DNA from: Dipteris shenzhenensis
Lineage: Eukaryota
Strand: one strand, 5' to 3'
Assembly: GCA_047967505.1 (NCBI GenBank)
Contig: CM106538.1
DNA length: 64,000 bases
In this document: in pieces, positions 12,313 through 23,942 of the stretch
How the letters are laid out: each line of letters opens with the position of its first letter
Position numbering within the stretch: the stretch's first letter is position 1
Made by a program: the position numbers and the translations under genes
The notes under the pieces: model-generated
The model's database searches: none
What the model saw: only the letters and a program-made list of their open reading frames with translations
Told to the model about the DNA's origin: nothing

Positions 12313-15300
12313 GTGATATCAGAGCAAATTTCGCTCCTGCGTGGAGGAAATGCCCCCCACCTTCTAGCGCCAATCTGATACATCTTTTTCCACTAGAAGG
12401 ACATCCGTGCACATTGTGCATGGAAGAGATGGAGAGGATGAGCGTAAAAATTTTTAGTGCCAACCCTGCCTAAAGTCATCAATGGCCTCTCCATCTCCCA
12501 CACATCACGAGTTGATGTGAATGGACACGACAAAAATCCTGTCTTTTCATGTGCTTGGGCTGTCCCAAAACCAAGGGACGCACCTTTTCCACCATCGGAC
12601 ACACCTTTTGATGAAGAGTTTTGACTCCTCACCCAAGGGACACACCCCATCGTGGAAAAAAGGACACACCTCTTCATGTGGGGACACCCCTTTTAAAAAC
12701 AGGGACACACCCCTTCATGAAAAGGTGCACCTATTCCAAGGGTCACACCCTTTCGAATAGGCACACCTTTTGGCACCAAGCACTTATAAAAGGGTACCTA
12801 AAGGGGTTAAAAAGGGAAACCCAGCCCCCAACCTTAGCTCTACCCTAGATTACCCAAGGGTCAAATAAACCCACCCTTTAAATTTTTTTGGGGCAACCAC
12901 CCAACGTAGGCAGCACAAACAAAAAAAAAGGGACGTACCTTTTCAACGCCCTACAGATTTTCGTCAAACAGGTTGGCCTCGCTGCGCAGCCCCTGCTTTC
13001 GCCATTTCGCTGCGAGCCCTTGCCCTCGCCATTTCGCTGCCAGCCCCTGCCCTCGCCATCTGCAGCCCCTAGTCTCGCTAGTTTACGGCCTTGTTTCCTG
13101 CCAGCCTGCAGCGTGAGCACAGCGCCAGCCAGCCATTCTGCCGCAAATCAGCCTGCAACCAGTTTTTCGGCATTGACAGCCTTGCCTCCCCCTTTCTGTT
13201 TGGCCAGTCTTTCTTGACATCAGCAGCCTGGTGCGCCAGCCCCTATTGTGATCCAGAATTGGGTACCTGCAGCCTGTTGCGCCATTGATAGCCTGCTCCC
13301 CTTGTTTCGCCACCTTTTTCCTGGCAGATCAGCAGCAGTTTCAGCATCCTATCGCGATGAAGACAGCCTGTTAAATGCCAAGCCCAGATCTGCTCGTTGC
13401 CACCCATTGCAACATGGACCTCCGGACAGAAATCTGCAGGCCTCTTCTACGCAACAATTTGGCAGATTAAATCAATGTCAGGTGGAGTCTTTCCATTCTA
13501 CTTCTAAGGATTCTCTTGTCATTATCAAATTACAGCAAATGAAAGATGCTTCCTTAAAGCATGGAAACCCTTGGGAATTCACCTGGCATTTCAAGGACAC
13601 CTCAGGCATCATCTACTACACAATATCGTATTCAGATTGCACAACCAGCCCATTTCGGAGCTTTTGCATCGTGAGTTTTCTGTGTCACGTGCCCTCCTAG
13701 TGATTTGGACCACATCCTATATCTTCTGCGTGAGGCACCTCAGTTACATTACCAGGTTGTGTTCCATGAGACAGGAAGATACCCAGAACCGGTATCCCTC
13801 AAGAGTTTGTTGTCCATCTTTGGAGAGAATTTTACCCCTCACCTTCGGCATCTCCAAGGTACTCTCCACCACCTTCAGCTCTCAGATATCCTCCTATACA
13901 GGTTGTACCTTCCCCAAGACAGTATTTACGCTTTGAAGGCACTCCTTCTCTTGGATATCCTCCACTCCTGATAGCAGCTCCTTATCCCTTCTCAGATCCG
14001 TGGACTCTGCAACCTACTCCTGTACTCTCACGAGCAGTAACACCACTTTCGGAATCACCAGTGTTACCTCAGACAGGACCTCCTTTCGGCATCTCCGACT
14101 TGGTCCAAAAAGTCCAACAACTCCAAGATTCTCGCAGTACCACACATACAGAGGATGACGTGGCGCAACCAGACGACTATGCGGATTCATTCCCACTTGA
14201 GGTAGAAAACACTGAACTACGTGCCCTCTACTGTTTACTCCAAGCTTCCAAAACTAAAAGACTTGACGTCAAACTTCCGGAAGCCTACACTGGTCAACGC
14301 AATCGCCGAACAGTTGATCAATGGCTCGTAAAATTGCGCATGTATTTTGATACTGTTGACCTCACTCAAGGCAAAAAGATCGCCTTGGCAGCCTCCCTCC
14401 TCAAGGATACAGCTTTTCTATGGTGGCAAAAACACTTAAAGGACGGCAAAAGTGTGTTAACATGGGAACGTTTTGAACACGTGCTCCGTAAGCAGTTCAT
14501 ACCTGCCAATGCGGACTTCCAAGCACGATCAAAACTCCGACAGTTGGAGCAAACAGGCTCCCTGTCTTCCTACATCTCTCAGTTCACCACATTGGTGCTG
14601 GAGATTGATGGTTTAACTGAGGATGATCGCCTTCATGCTTTCATCTCAGGTCTAAATCCCTCGTTACGCATTGATGTCCTCAAAGCAAACATCACTAGCA
14701 CAGCTGGCGCTATTGCTTATGCAGAGCGCATTACAGATTTCCAAAACACAGGCAAGCAGAGTGCTAATCGCAAACAGAACTCTACTATGGCCAAAGGTGC
14801 TCGTCCTCAAGATAACACCAGGTTTTGAAAAAACCTCGGTAATCAAGGTCAGCGACAGTCTCAAGATCCCCAGAAGTCTTAGAAATCGTATGCTGGATTC
14901 CAATAGAAGCACTTCTTCAAGGATCGCGCCTCTTCTTCTTCACAAAGTCATTATCGACATCCCCAACATAAAGGTGCGGCCACTGACAAGAAGAACAACT
15001 GTAGCACAAAAGGACTTTGTACCCTCTGTACAGGCGACCATAGATGGTTCGATTGTCCCAAGCGACCAAAGCCAAATTCCAATATGGAACCTAGGACTTT
15101 CCAAACAGAAGATGTTACCCCAGCACAAGACAAGAAAGGCAAAGCTGTTCGAATGGCAAATACCATCCACCTGAGTCTTGCCAGCAATCCCGAAGCTTCC
15201 CTGGCCACTCAAGTACTTTGTGTTCAAGGATCGATTCGTGGAACAACGGTCACTATCCTCATCGACAGTGGCTACTCTCATAACTTCCTAGCTAGTTCAA

Positions 15301-16187
15301 TGGTCGACAAACTTCGATTGACCACCAGACCTAGTCTCATGGACTACCAGATTGAACTCGTAAATGGAAATATCTTCTTGTGCTACACCAGGATCAAAAA
15401 CTTGTCTTTTCGCATCCAACATTATACGGACAAGTTGAACTTCAACATCATGCCTCTTTCTCGGTACGATGTCATACTCGGACAACAGTGGCTCTACGAC
15501 TATGATCCATCAATCAGTTTTCGCAGCCATACTATCCAGTTTGTCCATCGGGGAAAACTTATTGAGCTAACTGGTTCTAGGGACTTTCCTTCAACCCCAG
15601 TTGCCTCTGCCCGACAAGTAAAGAAGTGGGTTTGTAAACGTCAAGTAAAGACTTCACTTCTGTTGGTTACGATAGTAGAGGAGACACCAACAAAGGATCC
15701 TCCTGAATACCTCAATCAATCTTTTTTCCAGCCCTAGCTGGATATTTTTCCACAGGAATTGCCAAACTAGTTACCACCTCGACGACCAGTGGATCACCCA
15801 ATCGAACTTATTCCCGGCAGTAATCCACTGTCGAAACCTCCTTATCGGGTTTCTTACACTCAAAATGAAGAAATCCAAAGACAGGTGACCGAGCTACTCG
15901 ACAAAGGTCACATTCGGCCCAGTCGCAGCTCTTTCGGATCTCCTGTACTACTTGTGAAAAAAAAGAATAAGTCAATGCGCCTCTGCATCGACTATCGAGC
16001 CCTCAACAAGCTCACTATCAAAAACAAGTATCCATTGCCTCGCATCGATGACCTCTTCGATCAACTTCTACATGCAACGCAATTCTCAAAGATTGATCTT
16101 CGTTCAAGTTATCATTAAATTCGCATACGAGAAGGCGATGAGTACAAGATAGCTTTTCGAACACAGTATGGACACTATGAATGTTTG

Positions 16188-16432
16188 CCCAAGAGACTCC
16201 GCGGGTCTTTAGAAACCCAGTATAGGTGCTTATGCTTGGGCACTGATGATGACATAAGTGTTGCTTTGCTTGCTAAGTATGTCTTCCTTTTGCTTTTCAT
16301 AAAAGTTTTTGTTTACCTCTTTTTTCTTCTCTTTCATTTTCTCTTTTATTTTCTTTGTAGATTTTTGATGTTTAGAACAACAGAAATTCTAAATTTGTAT
16401 GATTGGACCTATTCTAGTCTTACAAAGGTATA
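16188..16432 (+). mobile_element. 245-bp insertion in the RT of element A with a 12-bp TSD (probable 5'-truncated non-LTR element)
   Basis: TATGAATGTTTG is duplicated at 16176-16187 and 16433-16444; the RT frame (HYECL/VMPFGL) resumes after the insert. Confidence 0.8.
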
Positions 16433-17036
16433 TATGAATGTTTGGTCATGCCTTTTGGGTTAAACAATGCCCCGGCCACATTCATGACACTAATGAACGA
16501 CATCTTCAGGCCTTTCTTGGATAAGTTCGTCATCGTTTACCTCGATGACATCCTCGTTTTCAGCAGATCCGTACATGAGCACAAACAACATATTCACCAA
16601 GTTTTTGAAGTTCTCCGCGCAAATTCTCTCTACATCAACATTGAGAAGAGTGAGTTCTTCAAGACCCAACTTGAATATTTGGGACATGTTATTTCAGCTC
16701 AAGGCATCTCTGTGGATCCCAAGAAGATCGAGGTAATCCGAAACTGGCCTACTCCTACGAATGTTCATGATGTCCGCTCTTTTCTCGGATTGGCAAACTT
16801 CTACCATACAAAGGTCTATTAGTTTTTCGAAATCGCAGCTCCTATGTCTGAATTATTGAAAAGCATAGCAGTTTTTCAGTGGCTTCCCGAAACAGAGTAT
16901 AGTTTCCAACAACTCAAGCAAGCACTCACTACCACACCAGTTATGGCTATTGCTGACCCGAACCTTCCATTTGAGGTCATGACCGACGCTTCCGACATTG
17001 CTACAGGAGCAGTCTTGATGTAAGAAGGCAGAGTTA

Positions 17037-17444
17037 GTAAGAAATCCTAGATTTACTATATTTAGAAATGTGCTAAGGAACAGAAAGGAGACTGAAATAG
17101 CAGAGAACAAGGAATAATTGTATTGCTTGAGTGACTGTAGTGTAGATGTAGTGTCATCCATACAATTGGGCCTCTCTTATATAGAGAGTGAAGAGTCACA
17201 CATGAAAAGGTGTGTACTCGAAAGTGTATGTGCATGAAGAGGTGTGTACTCCTTGTGAAGGGTGTGACCCTTGATGAGAGGGTACATTACAATAGGAATG
17301 TCTCTTCAATAGAATGTCTCTTGTGAAGGGTTGTGCCTCATAGGAAGTGTCCTGTCGAAAGGGCATACCCTTCCACAAGTGTCCATTCATCAAACCATCC
17401 ATAAGTCTAGAAATAGAGAAAGGAATACGTCACAGATCGTGACA
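17037..17444 (-). repeat. 3' LTR of element B (terminal A missing)
   Basis: Near-identical to 22563-22970 and preceded on the minus strand by a polypurine tract. Confidence 0.95.
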
Positions 17445-17460
17445 TCCCCTCCCACTCAAA
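17445..17460 (-). promoter_or_regulatory. Polypurine tract
   Basis: TTTGAGTGGGAGGGGA immediately before the TG of the 3' LTR. Confidence 0.88.
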
Positions 17461-20400
17461 ATAAGACCCCGGTGGAGATAATGAACTGATGTAGAAAATA
17501 TCACTGTAAATTCTGAAAATACTGCTGTAAAATATCAGGGTACTACTGTAAGTCTTCATCAGATTGCCAAGTAGCGTCGGAGTCGTCCAGATCTCGAGCG
17601 TTCATGACTGGCTGAGTAAAGATATACTTTAGAGAGTGATGGTCTGTCTTGACCACCGAGTCGGCTCCCATGAGATAATGTTTCCAAGAGCGATAAGCAT
17701 GTACAACGGCAAGAAACTCCTTATCATAAACGGGGTATCAGGTTTGGATATCAGAATGTTTATGGCTGTCAAAAGCAATAACTCTGCCTTCTTGCATCAA
17801 GATTGCTCCTGTAGCGATGTCGGAAGCGTCGGTCATGACCTCAAATGGAAGGTTTGGGTCAGCAATAGCCATAACTGGTGTGGTAGTGATTGCTTGCTTG
17901 AGTTGTTGGAAACTATACTGTGTTTTGGGAAGCCACTAAAAAACTGTTGTGCTTTTCAATAATTCGGACATAGGAGCTGCGATTTCGAAAAATTGATAGA
18001 CCTTTGTATGGTAGAAGTTTGCCAATCCGAGAAAAGAGCGGACATCATGAACATTCTTAGGAGTAGGTCAGTTTCGGATTACCTCGACCTTCTTGGGATC
18101 CACAGAGATGCCTTGAGCAGAAATAACATGTCCCAAATATTCGAGTTACTCTTCTCAATGTTAATGTAGAGAGAATTTGCGCGGAGAACTTTAAAAACTT
18201 GGTGAAGATGTTGTTTGTGCTCATGTAGGGATCTGTTGAAAACGAGAATGTCATCGAGGTAAACAATGACGAACTTATCGAGGAAAGGCCTGAAGATGTC
18301 GTTCATTAGTGTCATGAATGTGGCCGGGACATTGACCAAACATTCATAGTGTGGCATGAATGTGGCCGGGCATTGATCAAAAGCCATGACCAAACATTCA
18401 TAGTGTCCATACTTTTCGAAAAGCTGTCTTGTACTCATCGCCTTCTTGTATGCGAATTTGATGATAACCTGAACGAAGATCAATCTTTGAGAATTGTGTT
18501 GCATGTAGAAGTTGATCGAAGAGGTCATCGATGCGAGGCAATGGATACTTGTTTTTGATAGTGAGCTTGTTGAGGGCTCAGTAGTCAATGTAGAGGCGCA
18601 TTGACTTATTCTTTTTTTCCACAAGTAGTACAGGAGATCCGAAAGGGCTGCGACTGGGCCGAATGTGACCTTTGTCGAGTAGTTCGGTTACCTGTCTTTG
18701 GATTTCTTCATTTTGAGTGTAAGAAAGCCGATAAGGAGGTTTCGACGGTGGATTACTGCCGGGAATAAGTTCGATTGGGTGATCCACTGGTCGTCGAGGT
18801 GGTAATTGCTTTGGCAATTCCTGTGGAAAAATATCCAGGTAGGGCTGGAAAAAAGGTTGGTTGAGGTATTCAGGAGGATCCTTTGTTGGTGTCTCCTCTA
18901 CAGCCGTAACCAACAGAAGTGAAGTCTTTACTTGACGTTTACGAACCCACTTCTTTACTTGTAGGGCAAAGGCAACTGGGGTTGAAGGAGAGTCCCTAGA
19001 ACCAGTTAGCTCAATAAGTTTTCCCTGGTGGACAAACTGGATAGTATGGCTGCGAAAACTGATTGATGGATCATAGTCGTAGAGCCTCTGTTGTCTGAGT
19101 ATGACATCGTACCGAGAAAGAGGCATGATGTCGAAGTTCAACTTGTCCGTATAATGTTGGATGCGAAAAGACAAGTTTTTGATCCTGGTGTTGCATAAGA
19201 AAGTAGTTCCATTTGCGAGTTCAATCTGATAGTCCATCAGACTAGGACTGGTGGTCAACCGAAGTTTGTCGACCATTGAACTAGCTAGGAAGTTATGAGA
19301 GTAGCCACTGTCGATGAGGATAGTGACCGTTGTTCCACGAATCGATTCTTGAACACAAAGTACTTGAGTGGCCAGGGAAGGTTCGGGGTTGCTGGCAAGG
19401 CTCAGGTGGATGGTATTTGCCATTCGAACAGCTTTGCCTTTCTTGTCTTGTGCTAGGGTAGCATCTTCTGTTTGGGAAGTGCTAGGTTCCATATTGGAAT
19501 TTGGCTTTGGTCGCTTGGGACAATCGAACCATCTATGGTCGCCTGTACAGATGGTACAAAGTCTTTTTGTGCTGGAGTTGTTCTTCTTGTCAGTGGCTGC
19601 ACCTTTATGTTGGGGATGTCGGTGATGACTTTGTGAAGAAGAAGAGGCGCGATCCTTAGAGGAGTGATTCTGTTGGAATCCAGCATATGATTTCTGAGTC
19701 TTCTGGGGATCTTAAGACTGTCGCTGACCTTGATTACCGGAGTTTTTCCGAAACCTGGTGTTATCTTGAGGGCGAGCACCTTTGGCCATAGTAGAGTTTC
19801 GTGTGCAATTAGCACTCTGCTTCTATGTGTTTTGGAAATCTGTAATGCGCTCTGTGTAAGGAATAGTGCCAGCTGTGGTGGTGATGTTTGCTTTAAGGAC
19901 ATTAATGCGTATCGAGGGATTTAGACCTGAGATGAAAGCATGAAGGCGATCATCCTCAGTTAAACCATCAATCTCCAGCACCAATGTGGTGAACTGAGAG
20001 ATGTAGGAAGACAGGGAGCTTGTTTGATCCAACTGTCAGAGTTTTGATCGTGCTTGGAAGTCCGCATTGGCAGGTATGAACTGCTTACGAAGCACGTGTT
20101 CAAAACGTTCCCATGTTAACACACTTTTGCCGTCCTTTAAGCGTCTTTGCCACCATAGGAAAGCTGTATCCTTAAGGAGGGAGGTTGCCAAGGCGATCTT
20201 TTTGCCTTCAGTGAGGTCACCAGTATCAAAATACATGCGCATTTTTGCGAGCCATTGGTCAACTGTTCGGCGATTGCGTTGACCAGTGTAGGCTTCTGAA
20301 AGTTTGATGTTAAGTCTTTTAGTTTTGGAAGCTTGAAGTAAACAATAGAGGGCACATAGTTCAGTGTTTTCTATCTTTGGTAGGAATGAATCCGCATAGT

Positions 20401-22549
20401 CGTCTGGTTGCGTCACGTGATCCTCTGTAGGTGTGGTACTGCGAGAATCTTGAAGTTGTGGACTTTCTGGACCAAGTCGGAGATGCTGTTCTGAAGCTGG
20501 GAAATTTGAAGTTGCAGTAGTGTTTTGGCTTGTACGTTGATATCAGGGGTCTTTTTTGGACTTGAGTCTTTGATCTCTGGAGAGGCTTCACGCGAGTGTT
20601 GCGACATATCGGAGGTCCCCGTGAGAAAAGCACGAACTTGCGCTCTAGTTTGTACCATTCCTGGAAGAGGATTCGGGCTGCTCCCTGAGGTTGCTCATGT
20701 TGGAGGGGGCAGGCGAGGCAGGATGGAACCACCCGTGGAAGTCTGGTAAAGGAGGTCCTGTCTGAGGTAACACTGGTGATGCCGAAAGTGGTGTTACTGC
20801 TCGTGAGAGTACATGAGTAGGTTGCAGAGTCCACGGATCTGAGAAGGGATAAGGAGCTGCTGTCGAAAGTGGAGGATATCCAGGAGAAGGAGTGCCTTCA
20901 GAGTGTAAATACTTTCTTGGGGAAGGTACAACCTGTATAGGAGGATATTTGGGAGCTGAAGGAGGTGGAGAGTACCCTGGAGATGCCGAAGGTGAGGGGT
21001 AAAATTCTCTCCAAAGATGGACAGCAAACTCTTGAGGAATATCTGGTTCTGGGTATCTTCGTGTCTCATGGAACACAACCTGGACTGTGCTGAGGAAGTA
21101 ATGTAACTGAGGTGCCTCACGCAGAAGATATAGGATGTGGTCCAAATCACTAGGAGGGCACGTGACACAGAAAACCCACGATGCAAAAGCTCTGAAATGG
21201 GCTGGTTGTGCAATCTGAAGACGATATTGTGTAGTAGATGATGCCTGAGGTGTCCTTGAAATGCCGGGTGAATTACCAAGGGTTTCCATGGTTTAAGGAA
21301 GGGTCTTTCATTTGCTGTAATTTGATAATGACAATTGAATCCTTAGAAGTAGAATGGAAAGACTCCACCTGACATTGATTTAATCTGCCAAATTGTTGCA
21401 TAGAAGAGGCCTGCAGATTTCTGTCCGGAGGTCCATGTTGCAATGGGTGGCGAGGAGCAGATCTGGGCCTGGCATTTAACAGGCTGTCTTCATCGCGATA
21501 GGAAGCTGAAACTGCTGCTGATCTGCCAGGAAAAAGGTGGCGAAACAAGGGGAGCAGGCTATCAATGGCGCAATAGGCTGCAGGTACCCAATTCTGGATG
21601 ACAATAGGGGCTGGCGCACCAGGCTGCTGATGTGAAGAAAGACTGGCGAAACAGAAAGGGGGAGGCAAGGCTGTCAATGCCGAAAAACTGGTTGCAGGCT
21701 GATTTGCGGCAGAATGGCTGGCTGGCGCTGTGCTCACGCTGCAGGCTGGCAGGAAACAGGGCCGTAAACTAGCAAGAGTAGGGGCTGCAGATGGCGAGGG
21801 CAGGAGCTGGCAGCGAAATGGCGAGGGCAGGGGCTGGCAGCGAAATGGCGAAAGCAGGGGCTGGCAGCGAAATGGCGAAAGCAGGGGTTGCGCAGCGAGA
21901 CCAACCTGTTTGACGAAAATCTGTAGGGCGTTGAAAAGGTACGTCCCTTTTTTTTTGTTTGTGCTGCCTACGTTGGGTGGTTGCCCAAAAAAAATTTAAA
22001 GGGTGGGTTTATTTGACCCTTGGGTAATCTAGGGTAGAGCTAAGGTTGGGGGCTCGGTTTCCCTTTTTAACCCCTTTAGGTACCCTTTTATAAGTGCTTG
22101 GTGCCAAAAGGTGTGCCTATTCGAAGGGGTGTGACCCTTGGAATAGGTGCACCTTTTCATGAAGGGGTGTGTCCCTGTTTTTAAAAGGGGTGTCCCCACA
22201 TGAAGAGGTGTGTCCTTTTTTCCACGATGGGGTGTGTCCTTTGGGTGAGGAGTCAAAACTCTTCATCAAAAGGTGTGTCCGATGGTGGAAAAGGTGCGTC
22301 CCTTGGTTTTAGGACAGCCCAAGCACATGAAAAGACATGATTTTTGTCGTGTCCATTCACATACTTGTGATGTGTGGGAGATGGAGAGGCCATTGATGAC
22401 TTCAGGCAGGGTTGGCGCTAAAAATTTTTACGCTCATCCTCTCCATCTCTTCCATGCACAATGTGCACGGATGTCCTTCTAGCGGAAAAAGATGTATCAG
22501 ATCGGCGCTAGAAGGTGGGGGGCATTTCCTACAGGCAGTAGCGAAATTT

Positions 22550-22561
22550 GCTCTGATACCA
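22550..22561 (-). promoter_or_regulatory. Primer-binding site (tRNA-iMet) of element B
   Basis: TGGTATCAGAGC, 1 nt after the LTR end ...TTACA. Confidence 0.92.
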
Positions 22562-22562
22562 C

Positions 22563-22970
22563 TGTAAGAATCCTAGATTTACTATATTTAGAAATGTGCT
22601 AAGGAACAGAAAGGAGACTGAAATAGCAGAGAACAAGGAATAATTGTATTGCTTGAGTGTCTGTAGTGTAGATGTAGTGTCATCCATACAATTGGGCCTC
22701 TCTTATATAGAGAGTGAAGAGTCACACATGAAAAGGTGTGTACTCGAAAGTGTATGTGCATGAAGAGGTGTGTACCCCTTGTGAAGGGTGTGACCCTTGA
22801 TGAGAGGGTACATTACAATAGGAATGTCTCTTCAATAGAATGTCTCTTGTGAAGGGTTGTGCCTCATAGGAAGTGTCCCGTCGAAAGGGCATACTCTTCC
22901 ACAAGTGTCCATTCATCAAACCATCCATAAGTCTAGAAATAGAGAAAGGAATACGTCACAGATCGTGACA
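22563..22970 (-). repeat. 5' LTR of element B (408 bp)
   Basis: TGTCACG...TTACA on the minus strand, followed by the PBS. Confidence 0.95.
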
Positions 22971-23183
22971 AGAATGTTCATCAAGTTTGGAACTCCAAGG
23001 AATCCGTTTTTGCATTTTAGGTTTTGAGTTTGTGCCATTGTGGGATGAGGGGGTGAAATTGCCGAACCAATGTTGAAATGACATCGTTGTTGCTCTATCC
23101 TATTGGTCCCTCCTCTCCTCTCAATTGGTCATAAGGTGGACTCAAGCCAGCTAGCCATGTTACTTCTAGGTATCTTTCCTAGG
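22971..23183 (+). repeat. 213-bp flanking direct repeat, right copy
   Basis: Matches 11657-11869 and starts exactly at the LTR terminus. Confidence 0.95.
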
Positions 23184-23499
23184 GATTTCAAAGGATTAGT
23201 GATGATCGTGACTACGGGAGAGTAGACTAACCCTATTACGTTGGAAGAGCTTGGGCCCCTTGTTGCTACAAAAAGAAACCTAAGAGAGGTTGCACCACAC
23301 CAATAGTGACAAAGCCTTTTTGGTAACAGGAAAGGACAATGGCAATCCTGAGATTGAAACAACACACTGTGTTGTGCTTTTAGAGGATGAGCTTGGGCAT
23401 GTTTTTGGATTCATTTAGATTTATGCTCCCATTGTATTATCGGACATGCAACTTCAACTTGTGAAGTTTTCAATCCATGCTGATAAGTGCATTGATGGT

Positions 23500-23900
23500 T
23501 CAAGAGAAGTCAGGTAGCTCAAGATTGTGGGACGAAAGGCTTGGCCATGTCAACTACCGTACTCTGTTAGAGGTGCAAAATGCTAGAATGGTGGATGGAC
23601 TTTTACCAATAGAAAGCATTGAAGGCATTTGCAAGGCTAGCATGGAAAGCAATCAACATCGAGAAGGAGGCCACATTCAAGGTTGAAGTCTTGCTTGAGA
23701 TAGTGCACCTTGACATTTGTGGGAAGATGCCAACTTTGGCATTCATAGGTTCATTATATGTTCTTACCTTTATTGATGATTTTAGCCGCATAATTAGGGT
23801 AGATTTGATTTCCTAGCTAAATGGAATTTGAATAAATTTCATGATTTTGGGGAAGGTTTTGTGGATTCTCAATAAACTAAGATGTCTTAGGAGTAATCAT
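23500..23900 (+). pseudogene. Ty1/copia GAG-pre-integrase and integrase fragment
   Basis: LWDERLGHVN, C..C region, LEIVHLDICG, YVLTFIDDFSR and LRSNH motifs, broken by frameshifts. Confidence 0.85.
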
Positions 23901-23942
23901 CTTTGCAGCCCTAAACCTCTTAGTCCTATTCATTCCTCCTAA

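Larger units (their letters stand above)
11902..17036 (+). mobile_element. Ty3/gypsy element A: 5' LTR, gag, protease, RT, truncated within RNase H
   Basis: LTR TGTCACG...TTACA at 11902-12312; mutated PBS TGATATCAGAGC at 12314-12325; gag ORF 14061-14828; protease LIDSG; RT motifs [10 protein letters not shown] and YLDDIL; stops just after MTDASD..GAVL. Confidence 0.95.
17037..22970 (-). mobile_element. Ty3/gypsy chromovirus element B, two LTRs, integrase deleted (non-autonomous)
   Basis: 5' LTR 22970-22563; PBS 22561-22550; gag, protease, RT, RNase H and chromodomain remnants; PPT 17460-17445; 3' LTR 17444-17037. The LTRs differ by about 4 substitutions and 1 indel. Confidence 0.96.

Noticed and set aside
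17037-22970. Simple nested insertion of B into A
   Set aside because: A does not resume after 22970 and no 5-bp TSD flanks B.
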